DNA from: the human T2T-CHM13v2.0 reference genome, Homo sapiens
Strand: one strand, 5' to 3'
NCBI RefSeq assembly: GCF_009914755.1
Contig: NC_060935.1
DNA: 64,000 nucleotides
Shown here: positions 17,239-39,342 of the stretch, piece by piece
How the letters are laid out: each line of letters begins with the position of its first letter
Numbering within the stretch: the stretch's first letter is position 1
Translations under genes and position numbers: made by a program
The notes under the pieces: model-generated
What the model saw: only the letters and a program-made list of their open reading frames with translations
Database searches by the model: none
Told to the model about the DNA's origin: nothing

Positions 17239-17694
17239 TTATTTTATCTTTCTTATCCCAACTCTCACTAACAAGCAAAAGAGACCAGGTGCAGTGGCTC
17301 ATGCCTGTAATCTCAGCATTTTGAGAGGCAGGCAGATCAGTTGAGGTCAGGAGTTTGAGACCAGCCTGGCCAACATGATGAATCCTGGTCTCTACTAAAA
17401 ATACAAAATTAGCCAGGCGTGGTGGCATGAGCTGTAATCCCAGTGGTGCCTGTAATCCCAGTTACTCAGGAGGCTGAGGCAGGGGAATCGCTTTAACCTG
17501 GAAGGCAGAGGTTGCAGTGAGCCAAGATCATGCCACAGCACTGCAGCCTGGCTGATAGAGTGAGACTCCATCTCAAATAAATAAATAAATAAATAGATAA
17601 TAAGGCAAAATAATTCTGATGTGAAAAAAATAAATTAGGTAAAATGTATTTGCTTGCCAGTATTCTGAGGTATCATAGTAGGTGGCTTTTAACC

Positions 17695-18580
<886 letters not shown>

Positions 18581-18678
18581 TACAAGAAAGAATTAAAGTC
18601 AGGCGTTGTGGCTCACGTCTGTAATCCCAGCACTTTGGGAGGCCAAGGTGGGAGAATTGCTTGAGCCCAGGAGTTTGA

Positions 18679-19354
<676 letters not shown>

Positions 19355-20756
19355 TAGATTGGCCAGGCACGCCTGTTGTACCAGCTACTGGGAGGCTGAG
19401 GTGGGCAGATGACTTGAGCCCTGGAGGTCAGGGCTACAATGAGCCATGACCATGCCACCTCACTCCAGCCTGGTTGACAGAGCAAGACTCTGCCTCAAAA
19501 AAAAAAAAAAAAAAAGAAAAAAAAAACCATTGAATATAATAAAAATGCATCAGTTCATACTAAAACATAAAATTTAATAATAAAATAGGCCAGGTGAAAG
19601 AGAGAGACTTGGCCGGGCACAGTGGCTCATGCCTGTAATCCCAGCACTTTGGGAGGCCGAGGCCAGCAGATCATCTGAGGTCAGGAGTTCGAGACCAGCC
19701 TGACCAACATGGAGAAACCTCATCTCTACTAAAAATACAAAATTAGCTGGACATGGTGGCAGGTGCCTGTAATCCCAGCTACTCAGGAGGCTGAAACAGG
19801 AGAATCACTTGAACCAGGAAGGCAGAGGTTCCAGTGAGCTGAGATGGTGCCGTTTTACTCCAGCCTGGGAAACAAGAGTAAAACTCCACCTCAAAAAGAA
19901 AGAAAGAAAGAGCAAGACTCCCTCTCAAAAAAAAAAAAAAAAAAAAAAAAAAGAGAGAGAGAGAGAAAGGAAGAAGGGCATGAACTGGGTCTGGAAAGTG
20001 AGGCAAGAACTGAGTTTTGCAAAAATCTTAAGAGTCCTGTATTTCATGCTAGTGAATCTAGGCTTCATCTAATGATTGGAAGGCCCTGAAAGTTTTGCTC
20101 TATTTCTTTTGTTTTATTTTGAGTGAAATATATCACATAAACAGAACACTAAATGTAGTTAGATAGGAGAATCATGTTTTTCAGAAGGAAAACTTGAACT
20201 ACCCTAAGGAGAGCTTGTTATTCAACTTCCTGATTTCCCTGGTGGCTAGAATGCTCATGATTATATTTGCAGTGCATAGCCTAGGAGAAGTGCAATAAAT
20301 ACCTGTTGATAATAAAGATAGCACTGAAATTATCCTGATAAGAAATAAAGGCCTCACTATAGCAGTGGCCAAGAAAATGGAGAGATAGTAGCACTCAGAT
20401 CTTGTAGAACAAGAGAATTTAGATGAATGATCGAAGGAAGTGAGGATACTGAATATTCTATTTTGGGTGATCATGTGTTATGTCACTGAGCCAAACATGT
20501 AATGTAAGAGAAAGAGCATGTTGGGGAAAAAATAGAACAAGTGTGTTCATACCCATTAGAGATACAGTGCTTTTTACAATGATGTCATTTGGCAATGCTA
20601 CAAACCAGTAGCTTACAAGGGAGGTCTCTCTGCTAGAGATGTTGCTAAATGTTACTTTGTAAACCCTCAGTAACTGGCCACATTTTACCTATTCATGAAG
20701 TAACTTAGTTGAGTAAAAGAAGATTATACATTTCAGTAAGGTTATTATTATTATTA

Positions 20757-20885
<129 letters not shown>

Positions 20886-20982
20886 CTATCTCAGATCTCT
20901 GTCTCTGACTCCAAGATTTCTATCCCTGCCCTGCTGGCTGTCAGAACTTGGACATGTTGGATCAGCCACAGAGCCATCAGTT

Positions 20983-21000
20983 TCTTTTCTTTCTTTCTTT

Positions 21001-21065
<65 letters not shown>

Positions 21066-21085
21066 TTTCTTTCTTTCTTTCTTTC
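20983..21085 (+). repeat. (TTTC)n microsatellite
   Basis: Read directly. Confidence 0.95.
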
Positions 21086-22164
21086 ATTAATGCAGACAAT
21101 GGGCTTTTACTCTGTTTATTTCAAGAGTTTCTTGTAACAATCCAAGGAGATAATAGGGTTAAATATGCTTGGTAAATTGTGAAATGCTGTACAGATGTGA
21201 GGGTTCAGTCTCATGTATGACTTTTCAGTTCTGCCTTTCAGAGTCTGCTAGATCATTTGGATTTGAGAACCAAATATTATTTTAGTTCCCTACAAATAAA
21301 GCCTCGATGTGCATCTAAACTCTGCTGGGTAGTATTATGTTTTAGATTTAAGAACAGCTGGGGAAAAATGAGACAGCCATTCATGGCCTTTCCAGGTCAG
21401 ATTCATAGATACCCACATGGAGTCTATTAATTGTATGGACATCTGTGAAAGGAATGAACTCACTACAAGAAAAATTGATTCCCTCTACCTTGAGAAATAA
21501 CTATAATATTTTAAACCATGCAAAGGAGAGATCTAATTTATATATGTTTCCTGAAAACACTGGCACTATGTATATTTTAAACACAACCAAAATCTGGCAA
21601 GAGGTTGTAGGAGAAACAATTTTACAATAACAGAAAGTAGTTTTTGAAAAGCCCTTTGTACTTTGAATGTTTTTTGATTCTCAAACTGTCTGGGCTGAAT
21701 GAACAGATGAAACCTGATATTGACATTTGCAGTCAATTTTCTATTCAGTAACCTCACTCTATCCCCAACTCTTTTTCTATTGCTAAGGAAATGAGATTTC
21801 TTGGTGCTTTACTTAAAGCTGAGTCTAAAGGATATTCACTAAACCAGAAAAAAAATCAGTTAAATATTTTTTTTTTCTGTGTCGGGTCAATGAAATAATT
21901 CAGTGACATCTAACTGAACATACATTTATTAAGTGACCACTCTATCCTGGGTAATGTGGCAGATGCTAGAAAAACAAACAACTGAAGTCATGAACTTGTT
22001 CTTAAGAAAATGATAGTTTGGTAAGTAATTATAATTTAATGTTATCAGTGCAATAATAGAATGTCCTACAGAGGTAAAAATAAAAAAATTGATTTTCTGG
22101 GTTAGATAAGGAAGAATCTCTGGAGGAATAAGTCTCAGGTGTATTTAATTTATTTGTTTTTTTA

Positions 22165-22610
22165 AAATTTTTATATATTTAGGGGGTACAGGTGCAGGTT
22201 TCTTCCATGCAAATATCATGTAGTGGTGAAGTCTGGTCTTTTAGTGTGCCTGTCATCTAAATATTGTAGGAGATACCCAATAGGTAATTTTTCAACACTC
22301 ACCCTCCTCCCAGCCTCCCACCTCCATTGTTCAGCTCTCATTTATAAGTGAGAATATGTTGCATTTGACTTTCCATTTCTGACTTATTTCACTTAAGACA
22401 TTGGCCCCCGATTTCATCCATGTTGCTGAAAAAGACAAATTTTCATTCTTTTTTATGGCTCAGTAGTATTCCATGGTAGATATATGCCACATCTTTATTC
22501 AGTCCTCCCTTGATGGACATGTAGGTTGATTCATATCTTTGCTATTTTGAATAGTGCCATGATAAACATACAGGTGAAGGTCTTTTTGATACAGTGATTT
22601 CTTTCTCACA
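22165..22610 (-). mobile_element. L1PB-type 3' end fragment
   Basis: TTTAGGGGGTACAGGTGCAGG...TAGTGGTGAAGTCTGG...TTATAAGTGAGAATATG. Confidence 0.75.
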
Positions 22611-22892
22611 TCTATTTTAAAGGATCCTACAGGGTATGGCAGTTTTAAAAAGTCAGGAAAGGCAGATATACAAGGCCAAAGGAATGGGTTGTACAAAGAC
22701 ATTGTAGCGTTGCCTGGAAAAGTATGTTCAAGAGCTACAAGGTATTTGTATTGCTGGCAAAAATACAAGGCAGAGAAGAGTGGTAGCTGAGACTAAAAAG
22801 GCAGTCAGGAGCTAAATCTTGGAGGCACTCCATCATTTTCCATTAGCATGGCATCCCTGTACCCTACTTAACTTGGACTTTATCCCACAGAT

Positions 22893-23087
22893 CTGCAGCA
22901 TCCAATATGGACCACCTTAGCCACATATGGTTATTTACATTTAAATTAATTAAAAATTTTAAACATTCAATTTCTAATTCTAGCCAACCAGTCTTGACAT
23001 CCTCAATAGCCACATGTGGCTGGTGGCTACCATACTGAATAACTCTGATACAGAACATTCCCATCATCATTGTCTATTGTCAGCACT
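22893..23087. mobile_element. MER3-like hAT-Charlie DNA transposon relic among L2 fragments
   Basis: TAGCCACATATGG...CTCAATAGCCACATGTGGCTGGTGGCTACCATACTG...AGAACATTCCCATCAT. Confidence 0.7.
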
Positions 23088-24644
23088 ACCATGGATGTTT
23101 GGGAGTCTTGGAATTGACATAAGTGGGAAAATGCTTTGTGACTATTTGTACTTTAGAAAAATAGCTTTGGCAGGAGGATAATTGGGGGAAAAATAAGGAA
23201 AAATAGCATGCAAAACTACACAAGATTTCACAAAACTACAAGAGCAGTGAGGTTGGGATAGAAGAGGCAGATATGAGAGAGGTAGAGGTGGAGGAAGCCA
23301 AGCTTTATCACTGTGTTAACCAGTTAGTTGTATGACTAAGCTGATTGAGGGTGCCAATACAGAAGGTCATTGAATAAATAAACATGGATGTGTGTAAAGA
23401 AAGGTTCAGCTATTTTGTTTGTATGTGGGAAGTGGAGTAGGGAACTTCTGGAAATAATGCAATGGCAAGAATTAACCAAACAGTTTCTATGACTCCATGG
23501 AGACCATAAAGTTGGCAGCCTGAAATTTTCATTTTCACGCAATATTTTTGACATTTCTGAAGCCACAGGCATATTCACATCAAAGCATTAAATCATTTGT
23601 ATAAATCTTTGGGACATAGAGAGGCAGGTTTAGAAAATGAAGTTCTCACAAAAATCTTACCAGGATATACCATTCAGCTTTTCCAATCTTCTAATCCCTT
23701 AGTAATCTCTTTGCCCATGGTAATAAGTCTGATGTCATCTGACTGTGTCTTCTGACTGAATAGATAAGCTAAAGCCCAATTGATGAGTGGCCTAATTAGT
23801 CAAGGGTATATTTGAGGTTTTTGTCCATTGCATCATTTGTTCAAAAACGGAAGCCACATCATTTTGTTGTAAATTATAATCAGAAGAAGGAGGACATGGC
23901 TAAGAGCCTAAATAACTAAAATTGGAGATGGGGGTATATTTTGCTCCTTGGAAAAATTGTAAAGTTGGGACATTACTTCTCCTAAGGAATGACTCTCTCT
24001 CCTGTTTCCTCTCAACATTTCTCTTCTCTTGACTATTTCTTCCCATATACCCATAATATAAATCTCCTAAATCTAATAATAATAATGATCATAGCTAGAA
24101 TTGATTGATCATAGAATTTCCTGTGACCCCAAGAAAGATTTTTCCTTTTCTTCCTTCAGGATCAAATACATTCACTATGACAAGATCAACCTGGGAAAAT
24201 GGTAAGGCATGAACTAAATGTGGATCCAGAATGAGGCTCAGTGTTTTGTCAGGGACATATGGAGTCAGCAAGGAAGCTGGAAGCATCCAGGGTCAACAGG
24301 ACCAGGTGAGGGAAATGCCACCGCTCTCAGTGACTCCAGTCCTCAGGGCGATCAAATGATCACTCAAGACGATTATTCTAAGGGAGGAGAACTATCTTCC
24401 AGGGAGGGATTATAAATATCTACTAAAATACATGACAAACTTGCAAAGTCACTAAACATTAACGATATGCTGTACCTTTTAAAGTAGCTAAGATGCTTGG
24501 GTGTTTTTTTTTTTCTTTTTTTTTTGAGAAAATATATGTTTGATAGGAGTGTGCTGAAGTGGGCAGTCATGTACATTGCTGCTGGGTGAGGAAATATGAA
24601 TAATCTGCTGAGACAGCAATTTGGCAATGTTCATAAAAGGTTCA

Positions 24645-24929
<285 letters not shown>

Positions 24930-25699
24930 TCACTGGTCTTTGTAGTTGAACTTCTTAGATCTAAATACCATTTCCACCCTTATTAAATATGTGATTTCCA
25001 GCAATTTCCTCTCTGTGTCTCGGTTTTCTCACCTGTACAATGGAGAGGTGATAATACCTATCTCATGGAGTTAAAATGAATATTTATATATATAGTGCTT
25101 GGAACAGAGTCTAGAACATAGTGGGATTATCATTGTTATTAATATTAATATTAACATTGAGATTGATGGAGAATGATAGGAGTTTCAATCAAAGTTGGGT
25201 ACATATCAGCTGTGTGACATTTAACAGGCTATCAATTCTTGTTGAAATTCAATTTTTTATTTATAAAATGAGTATAATAATGTGTATTTTGTGCTTCTTG
25301 TGAAGATTAAGGATTACATACAATACATACATATAAAATATACATAGTATACATATATTATTTAATATATAATTGGGAATTTTCAAATATATAATTGGGC
25401 ATTACATATGGCTTACTATATATAATTTAATATAATAATTAAAATAATATAACATAAAAATAATATAATATAAGCCATATATATTATACATATATAGTGT
25501 CTATATGTTTACCTACAAATAACATACATATTATAAACAAAATATATAACATATACATGCATAGTATAAGCAACATACATAAATTATAAATGGACATAGC
25601 ATAAGCTAAATGAACAATATCTGTTATTAAATTTAAAATCAGAAGAATTCATTATAAACCTGAGACGCTCACACAGAGAGAACATTTGGGGGTCACTAG

Positions 25700-26011
<312 letters not shown>

Positions 26012-26273
26012 TAATTCTGGACTAATAATGCTTATTTACAACCTCAATGAGAAAAACAAACACTTCATTTCAACATCATATTCCATATCCCCGAATGTCC
26101 AACATACAAATCACACGGGCTTGTCGCAAAAGTCACAGTTTGGCCCTTGAGGCAGCAAGAGTCAGCTTGGAGATTATTCCTTTTAAGGTGTTACCTTATA
26201 ATAAACAAACAAGTAAAGGATCACTTCTCTAAGGATATTTTCAGGTTAAAGAAGGCTATTTCAAAGATGATTC

Positions 26274-26277
<4 letters not shown>

Positions 26278-26304
<27 letters not shown>
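26278..26304 (+). repeat. (GT)n microsatellite
   Basis: Read directly. Confidence 0.9.
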
Positions 26305-27723
26305 TGCGGAAAGTTTCCCTTTCCTTAATTAATTTATATATTATATATTTTTTAAAGACGGTGTCTTGCTCTGTTGCTCAGCCTGGAGTGCAGTGATGCA
26401 ATCATAGCTCAATGAAGCCTCGAACTCCTGGGCTCAAGCAATCATCCCACCCCAGCCTCCCAAGTAGCTGGGACTACAGGCATGCACCACTATACCTGGC
26501 TAATTTTTTTGTAGAGATGGGGTCTCTCTATGTTGCCCAGGCAGGTCTCGAGCTATCATACTTAAGGATCTTCCAGCCTCCACCTCCCAAAGTGCTGAGA
26601 TTACAGGCATGAGTCTTGAGAACTTTCCTTAATATTATTTCCCTCCAGGTCGTATGGACCATGCTCTGTTTTTTCTCAGAGAACACAGATTTTCAGATCC
26701 TGATCTGATTTCTCATGGTGGATGCGTTTGCCTCGTAAGAAAACACTTGACAGAAGAGACAGAAGAAGTGTTTATAGCTGTCCCCAGGAGAGCAGCCTAA
26801 TTTCACCTTTTCAGGCAAACTGCCAGGAACTGTCCTAGTCAGTAGACTTGGTGCCCACCCCAGTCTTCTCTGACACAAATGGTAATGAAACATTGCTGTT
26901 GTTTATCTACATCAGGTCTCAGCACCCTGCATGTTCGAAGCTAAGTCATTAGCACGGATTAGATACAAATTATCCCCTTGAATAAGAGCACTCTATACTC
27001 AGATTAAAACTATTGATTTCCAATCTACTACCCAAAAGGACTCTATCATCAGGACACATTGGGTACTTTGCTTCAGTTTTGACTTTTGGATTTGGGCCTG
27101 AGATTTCGTTGTCAGGCCGTAACACTCAGTGTTGTTTAATTAGTATAGAATAAAAAAAGAATTGCTGTAAATCAGGGCATTCCAGATTGTGATATTACCT
27201 TGATGCTGCTGTTCCTACCATGCTTCAGCTGTGATCAAGCATGCTGTCAGGGCCTCAGCATCTGATTCTTCCTGGTAAATCAAGAACATCATTAACACTC
27301 AATCATGATTACACTTCCAGTTTGGAAAAGCCACCTCTGCTCCTAGTAAGAATTAAGACTTTATCACACTTATGGCAGTTACTGATTTATATTGTAAAGA
27401 TGGTGTGTACTATATCTGTAAGATGTACCTTATCTGTCTCTGCCTTCATAATTCCATTTCCTCCCCCTCCACAAATTGTAGAGCATCATAGACAAAGGAT
27501 GAATTTCCAAAATTGACAGTGAGCCTTTACAGATGATAAGCAGAAACGTCAGTGCCCAAGCTCAGACCAGCCATAGCAGAAATGTCGTCTATTTTGTTAG
27601 CTACTATCTTCCCAGTGCCCAGAAACCATGCTGGCATATAACAGGCGCTCTAAAAAAAAAAATCTAAGTGGGCTGGGCGTGCCTGTAATCTCACCACTTT
27701 GGGAGGCCAAGGTGGGCGGATCA

Positions 27724-28124
<401 letters not shown>

Positions 28125-28180
28125 CTACTAAAAATACAAAATTAGCCGGGTGTGGTGGCGCATGCCTGTAATCCCAGCTA

Positions 28181-28324
<144 letters not shown>

Positions 28325-29285
28325 TTAAGAAATGAATATTAAATTAAATTTTTAAAAATGGATTAAAAAACATGAATAAGCCAATGGACACATAAGCATG
28401 CTTAATCTCACTAAGAAATAAATGTAAATTATAATGAAATAAATAAAATGCAACTTTTCAGATTTTATATTGATGAAAATGGAAAATGGCTGGTAATATC
28501 TTGAATTGAGACCAGGTGAGGTGGCTCATGCCTGCAGTCCCAGTACTTTGGGAGGCTGAAGCAAACTTGAGGCCAGGAGTTTGGGACCAGCCTGGGGAAC
28601 ATAGAGAGACCCTTGTCTTTACAAAAAAATTTTTAAAAAAATTAGCCAGGCATGGTAGTGCACACCTGTATCCCCAGCTACTCAGGAAGCTGAGGTGGGA
28701 GGATCACTTGAGCCCAGAAGCTGGAGGCTATAGTGAACTATAATTGCGTCACTGCACTCCATCCTGGGTGACAGAATAAGACCCTAGTCTAAAACAACAG
28801 AAAGAACAACAAAAAAAAAACTTGGTGGAGTTGTGAATAAAACACTGTGAAGGATTTAAAGCAGTCGATTCTAAAAGGAAAATCGTATGATACGTATTGA
28901 AATTTACAACATCCATATCCTGGACCCAGCAATTCCACTTCTCGGATTTCAGTCTGCATAAAAATCATTCTTATGCAAAAGTATGTGTGTAAGAATACTC
29001 ATTTTAGGAATATCCGTACTAGTGAAATATGGGAGAACACCCAAGTTAGCAAATATTTTAATAACTACAGACAATATTTGTTGAGTACTTACCTGGTGCT
29101 TGTTTCTGTAGTTCATATTTCACAAAAAATAAACTCAGGAAATTGATTCTATTAATATCTTTCAGTCTCAGAAAAAGACAGGTTCAAAGGCAGATGCTGA
29201 AATAGGAAAAGCTTCGGGCTTTTTGTGGTTTCTGTTTTTTATAGTAGTGCAACACACTCTTCTAGGTACTTAAAACTTTTAACAC

Positions 29286-29330
29286 ATTTAATTTAATTTA
29301 ATTTAATTTAATTTAATTTAATTTAATTTA
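29286..29330 (+). repeat. (ATTTA)n pentanucleotide repeat
   Basis: Read directly. Confidence 0.9.
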
Positions 29331-29512
29331 ACAAGATGGGCCTGTTATTAGCATCCTCATTTTACATTTGAGGAACCTGACACTTAAAACAGTTTAAACA
29401 ACTTGCTCAGTCTCTCACAGATAGCAAGTGGCAAAGACAGGTACACCATGCTAAGTGCTGCCTAGTTAAAGATAGAATACCTAGGTTTTTATCCTTTTTC
29501 TGACTTAATTAG

Positions 29513-29638
<126 letters not shown>

Positions 29639-29914
29639 TGAGTAGCTGGGATTACAGGCACCTGCCACTATGCCCGGCTAATTTTTGTATTTTTAGTAGA
29701 GATGGGGTTTCACCATGTTTGCCAGGCTGGTCTCGAACTCCTGACCTCAGTGTACTGTCTGCCTTGGCCTCTCAAACTACTGAAATTCCAGGCAACAGCC
29801 ACCGTGCCCAACCAATTAAATGTCTTAAACCTCAGGTTCTTTATCTGTAAAATAGGAATAATGCCATTATCTTGCAGAATTTTATGAGTTAAAATATCTA
29901 TATCAAGTTGTATC

Positions 29915-34085
<4,171 letters not shown>

Positions 34086-35183
34086 AAAGACAATATTCTT
34101 ACGAAAAGTATTCTTCTGGATCAACTTTCACATGATCTGCAAAAATGTAGCCCCCTCAAACAGCCCACAGAATGTTCTGGGAATTTCCAAGAGGCACTTG
34201 TAATGTCCCCTTTTCCCCTCTCTTCTCAAAGCTTCTTCCCAGAGTTGCCTATGGCGATGTTTCCTGCTGAAATGTTCTTCCCAAATGGCAACACTTCCAT
34301 CAATGTTTGCAAAGGCACTGCCACTGCAGCCCACCAGAGGAGCCTCTGCAGTGGTACCCACTGATCTTCCCACTAAAGCTACTGCAGCAGGTATTTATAC
34401 AGTTCTTTTCTGCAACCCCTTTGCCTTGTGTCTTCAGTAGGAATCATGGATACTGCACTGGGCCCCAGGAACAGAGACCTTTCTATGCTCGATCTCCAGC
34501 CTTCCTCTCCAGCATAGACACATTGCCCTTGAACGAAAACTGCAGTTTCTTATTCCTATGTCAGAAACATCTTGATTTATCTGTGGACATTTCCACTGCT
34601 AGTTTTACTCAAATAGTTCTGCAAGAAATTGAGTCAGATTCACATTAGATCTCATCTTCCTCTTCCTCCTTCTCTTCTTGTTCATTCTTCTATAACATCG
34701 GGATATTTTCACTACAGTTAATCCTGTGGGAACAAATTCCAAACTCCAAACCACTCTATATGATGTGACCTTAGAATGAGTCAGGTTGATGGATTCCTCA
34801 GGTTGAACTCAGTTTAGGATGTCGACCCCACGTTTGGGAGCTTTGAAGGCAATGTGTGAATTGACTGATGTGAAAATTCTCAGCACAATTCCTAGTGCAT
34901 TATAAGTGCTGAGCATTATGAATGCTCAGAAGTCCCTGAGAATTTGGCCAGTAGTTATGTCTACTGTTACTGTAAGTTCTTTAAATAAAGATATAAACAG
35001 TTAATATCTAAAGACAAGAGTCAGAAGATCATAGCTCACTGCAGCCTTGAACTCTTGGGCTCAAGTGGGCTTCCCACCTCAGCCTCCCAAAGTGCTGGGA
35101 ATACAAGACTGCACCACTACACCCAGCCCAGAAGTGTTTTTAGAGAGGAGGGTATCTCTGCTTAGGGAATGACATTTATGATC

Positions 35184-35653
35184 TGGGGGGGGTCTGTCCT
35201 GCAGACACTGACCCAATAATGGACGAATAAAATACACTGATACACAGATATTCTGCTTTGCCAGTTCTACTGAGCATCCATGCCACTTAGTTGTAACCAC
35301 AGCCCTGACCAGCCAGTGAGACTCGCGTTTATTCAGTGAAGTTTAATTGACAAAGGCTCGAGTCAACACCACTAGAGGGTAATTGACATTGTGGACTTTC
35401 AGAGTAAAAAGCAATTAAGCACCCGCGGTAAATCAAAGGTTAGTCTTAGGACCACATGAGTAAACAAGTTAGTTAGATAAACTACTCTACATTCCTTTGT
35501 ATTTGCACCCTAAGCTCTCTGGCTCCTGCAAAGGGACTCTGGCTGCCTTCAGCCAGATCTATTACCAAAGTTATGCAAACTCTCAGGCCTTCCAAGAGGG
35601 TTTGTGGTTATTATAACTAAAACTTTTCCCACCAGCCTGACTGAACCCCCACA
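35184..35653 (-). mobile_element. Solo LTR22 (HERV-K22/HML-5)
   Basis: The minus strand begins TGTGGGGGTTCAGTCAGGCTGGTGGGAAAAG; TG...CA ends; 6-bp TSD ATGATC/ATGAGC. Confidence 0.8.
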
Positions 35654-36663
35654 ATGAGCCACTCAGTGTAGAATGCAAGTTGAGGTTGGAAGGAGATGGT
35701 GCTAAAAAGATATGAGTAAGCTATTCTACAACAGAAAGAATACAAATTCAGAGGAGAACAGAGAAGAGAAAGAGGATCTGTCTTAGGAGATGTTCAATAA
35801 TGAACTTTGAGAAGAAAGAAGTTAAAGATCCTATTTTTAATTGTTTGTATTTGAATATCCAGAAGTCTGCTACAAATACAAAGGTCTTGTGTTAGTGGGT
35901 TTGAGGGAAATCAAGGGGAAGAGATGGTTTCTGTGTCTGGATAATGGGAAGCAACATCATTTTGTACTGATAATATATCATGACAAGAGTAAATGACAAA
36001 GCTTTAAGCCAAAGGTGGCAAGGAAATGGAAGCCTGCCCATAATCTTCACAAGTCTTTGGGAGAGACAATGGGCTATCCACAATTAAGGGAATGAGGTTG
36101 CAAAACAATGTTAAAATCTAGAGTTTAAGGGGAAGGATCATTGATGTCACCATTGTCTGAGTTACAACAGCATCCCTTTGAGATTGGGTGAAGTTCAGAG
36201 AATTGAAGTGAGTTGCGTATGCTGACCTGGCTAGATAGTGTTAGAAGTGGGACTAGAATTTGTTCCTCTGACTCACCTCCACTTGGGGAAGTAAAAACCT
36301 CCTCTCCTCTTGGCCTTGCAGTGAACTGATCTATTGCTTTTTTCTGCTTTGATCCAACTAAGGTCAGCTCTGGTCAAGCTCAGTCTCAGAAAGCCATTTG
36401 CAAAGTTCAACTTAAAGTGCTCACATATGTGTCCCAGGAGACAGGAACAAGCATTGTCACAATCAATAGACAATGGTTGGTGTTATTTTATGTGTTGTGA
36501 GGTGATGACACCTGCAGAACTCTAACGTGAAAAGATAAGGCTATTTTGTGGAAGGAACTTCATTTATCAATAAGCAAAGTGTTTATACTTTCATAGACAC
36601 TTTTGACCTCTTTGTCTGGTCGTCGTGGCTCATATCTGTAATCCCAGCACTTTGGGAGGCCTA

Positions 36664-37030
<367 letters not shown>

Positions 37031-37518
37031 CTACTTGTTGCATGTCAGATGTTATTTTAGGACATCAGGGAATAGGAGCTGACATGGAGAGCTTCTTGAA
37101 AGCAGTCCAGACCAAAGCAGTTGTCTTTAGTTGGTATCTCCATGTCACTCCCACTTTCCTGCTTCTACCACCTTCCCTGGGTTTCTTTGTTCCTGACCTG
37201 TGGTTCACATTCGGGATTATTTCTTCCAGAACCTGCCCTTGCTTGGACAACTATATTATGGTTTCTGTTGTTCTTGATATGTTTGCAGATTTTTTGTTTT
37301 GACCTCTAATCAACACCTTGCAATTTTTGCAGGCTTTTAATACTTGGGATGTGGCTTTTTGCCTGACTGTGCCTCTGGAGTCATGACTACACCTCCCTTC
37401 CACTAAATGATTTTTGGGATGAATTTCTAAAATGTTTGATTTCCATCTGGTTTCCAGCCTCATATCATACCAGTACTCAAACAAGAATAATTATAATATA
37501 AAGCATTTGTTGGCCACG

Positions 37519-37878
37519 TGAAATAGTTTTGCTGTGTCCCCACCTAAATCTCATCTTGAATTGTAGCTCCCATAATTCCCACATGTTGTGGGAGGGGCCT
37601 GGTGGAGATAATTGAATCATGGGTTGGCTTCCCCCATACTGTTCTTGTGGTAGTGAATAAGTGTCATGAGATCTGATGGTTTTATAAGGGGTTTCCCCTT
37701 TTGTTTGGCTCTCATTCTCTCTTGTATGCCACCATGTAAGACATGCCTTTGGCCTTGCACCATGATTGTAAGGCTTCCCCAGACACATGGAACTGTGACT
37801 CCAATAAACCTCTTTTTCTTTATAAAGTACCCAGTCTCGGGTGTGTCTTTATCAGCAGCATGAAAACAGAGTAATACA
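37519..37878 (+). mobile_element. THE1-family MaLR solo LTR
   Basis: GCTGTGTCCCCACCTAAATCTCATCTTGAATTGTAGCTCCC...AATAAACCTCTT...TAATACA. Confidence 0.85.
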
Positions 37879-39342
37879 CTATGCACTGTTTACCATCAGA
37901 AGTACAAAATTCAACTGTCTGATCACTTCCATGACGGGAGCTTGGGTAGGTTTATCATATAGAGTGGATTGGAGTTAGGAATTTGTTCCCAGAGGATTAA
38001 TTATAGTAAAATCCCCTGATTGCATACAAGGAAGAAAAGGAGACAGAGGAAGAGGAGGAGATCTAGTGTGAATCTTACCTAATTTCTTGCAGAGTCATTT
38101 GAGTAAAGTTAGGGATATGAAACACTAAAGGTTAATTTAGGTTTAAGGGACATGAAGAGAAGTATAAACAGAGGAAGATGCCAAGCATGAGGCGTCAGAA
38201 CAGGAACATGTTAGGCACAGGGTAAGAGGATCTGTTTGGAAGATGCCTGTGGAAACTTGGCTCATTGGTAACTGGCTGGTAAAAGGGTCTCAAGGCTCTC
38301 AAGTGATTCTCCTGCCTCAGCCTCCTGAGTAGCTGGGATTACAGGCACCTGCCACCATGCCCAGCTAATTTTTGTATTTTTAGTAGAGATGGGGTTTCAC
38401 CATGTTGGCCAGGCTGGTCTCGAACCTCACCTCAGGTGACCCACCTTCCTCAGCCTCCCAAAGTGCTGAGATTACAGGCATGAGCCACTGGCCTCTACAC
38501 TTCTCTTTACTAGAGCAAAGGAGTATTTCTATTTCTGTTACCCACTAGGTCAGAGAAGACAGAAATTACTTTTAATATTCTTTTGCTGCTTGAAGAATTA
38601 ACTCAATCATATGCCCTGGCCAATTCACATGGAATTAAACTCCTGGGTCTATCAAATGGTGTTTGTTTCACTAGGGGGAGGAGAAACCTTTATGAAGTAG
38701 GTCTACAGTCGAGCCAATCTTATCTGCTGCTATACTTTTCTCCCAGTTTTTAAAGGCCTCATTAAAGAGATGGAGGCCATGATTTCACAGGGATTTATAA
38801 GCTCATCAGGGAAGTGTCAGGGAATGAGATAATGAAGACAACACAGTATTTGGTGAGTTATCACTAGAGCCACACTGCATTTGTCTGTGAGCACTGTATA
38901 TCATGGCTTAATTAGAAACACGCGTTAACCAGGAGCCAGACTGACATTTTTATCTTTCAGCCACCCTCCTAAATTATTCCTCAAATGGAATATGTCGTAG
39001 CAGCCAAGATATCCAACCCTGACATTACATGCATGAGCCCAACCAGGCAATAGGCCTGGAAGAAAATCTGACAGTAGCATCCTGAGACATTCTCTTATTT
39101 ACTTAACATGTGTGTTCATTTGTTTAATAAGCAAGCATGGTGCTAGATGCTCTGGAGAATATAAGAGATCCTGTCCCAAAGTTCCAATAGGATAAACTCA
39201 AAGAAAAAAATGGACAAGTTGCTTCATCTCTCTGCATCTCAGTTTCTGCTTCTGAAAATGAGGATGATACTAGTTTATACCCCAGAGTGTTGTTGGAAGC
39301 AATAAAAGATAAAAGACACAAAGCCATGCTGTGAAGAGTAAA

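Noticed and set aside
25320-25600. Very AT-rich tract (also 32830-32980 and 45800-45910)
   Set aside because: Degenerate (TA)n low-complexity sequence with no defined structure.
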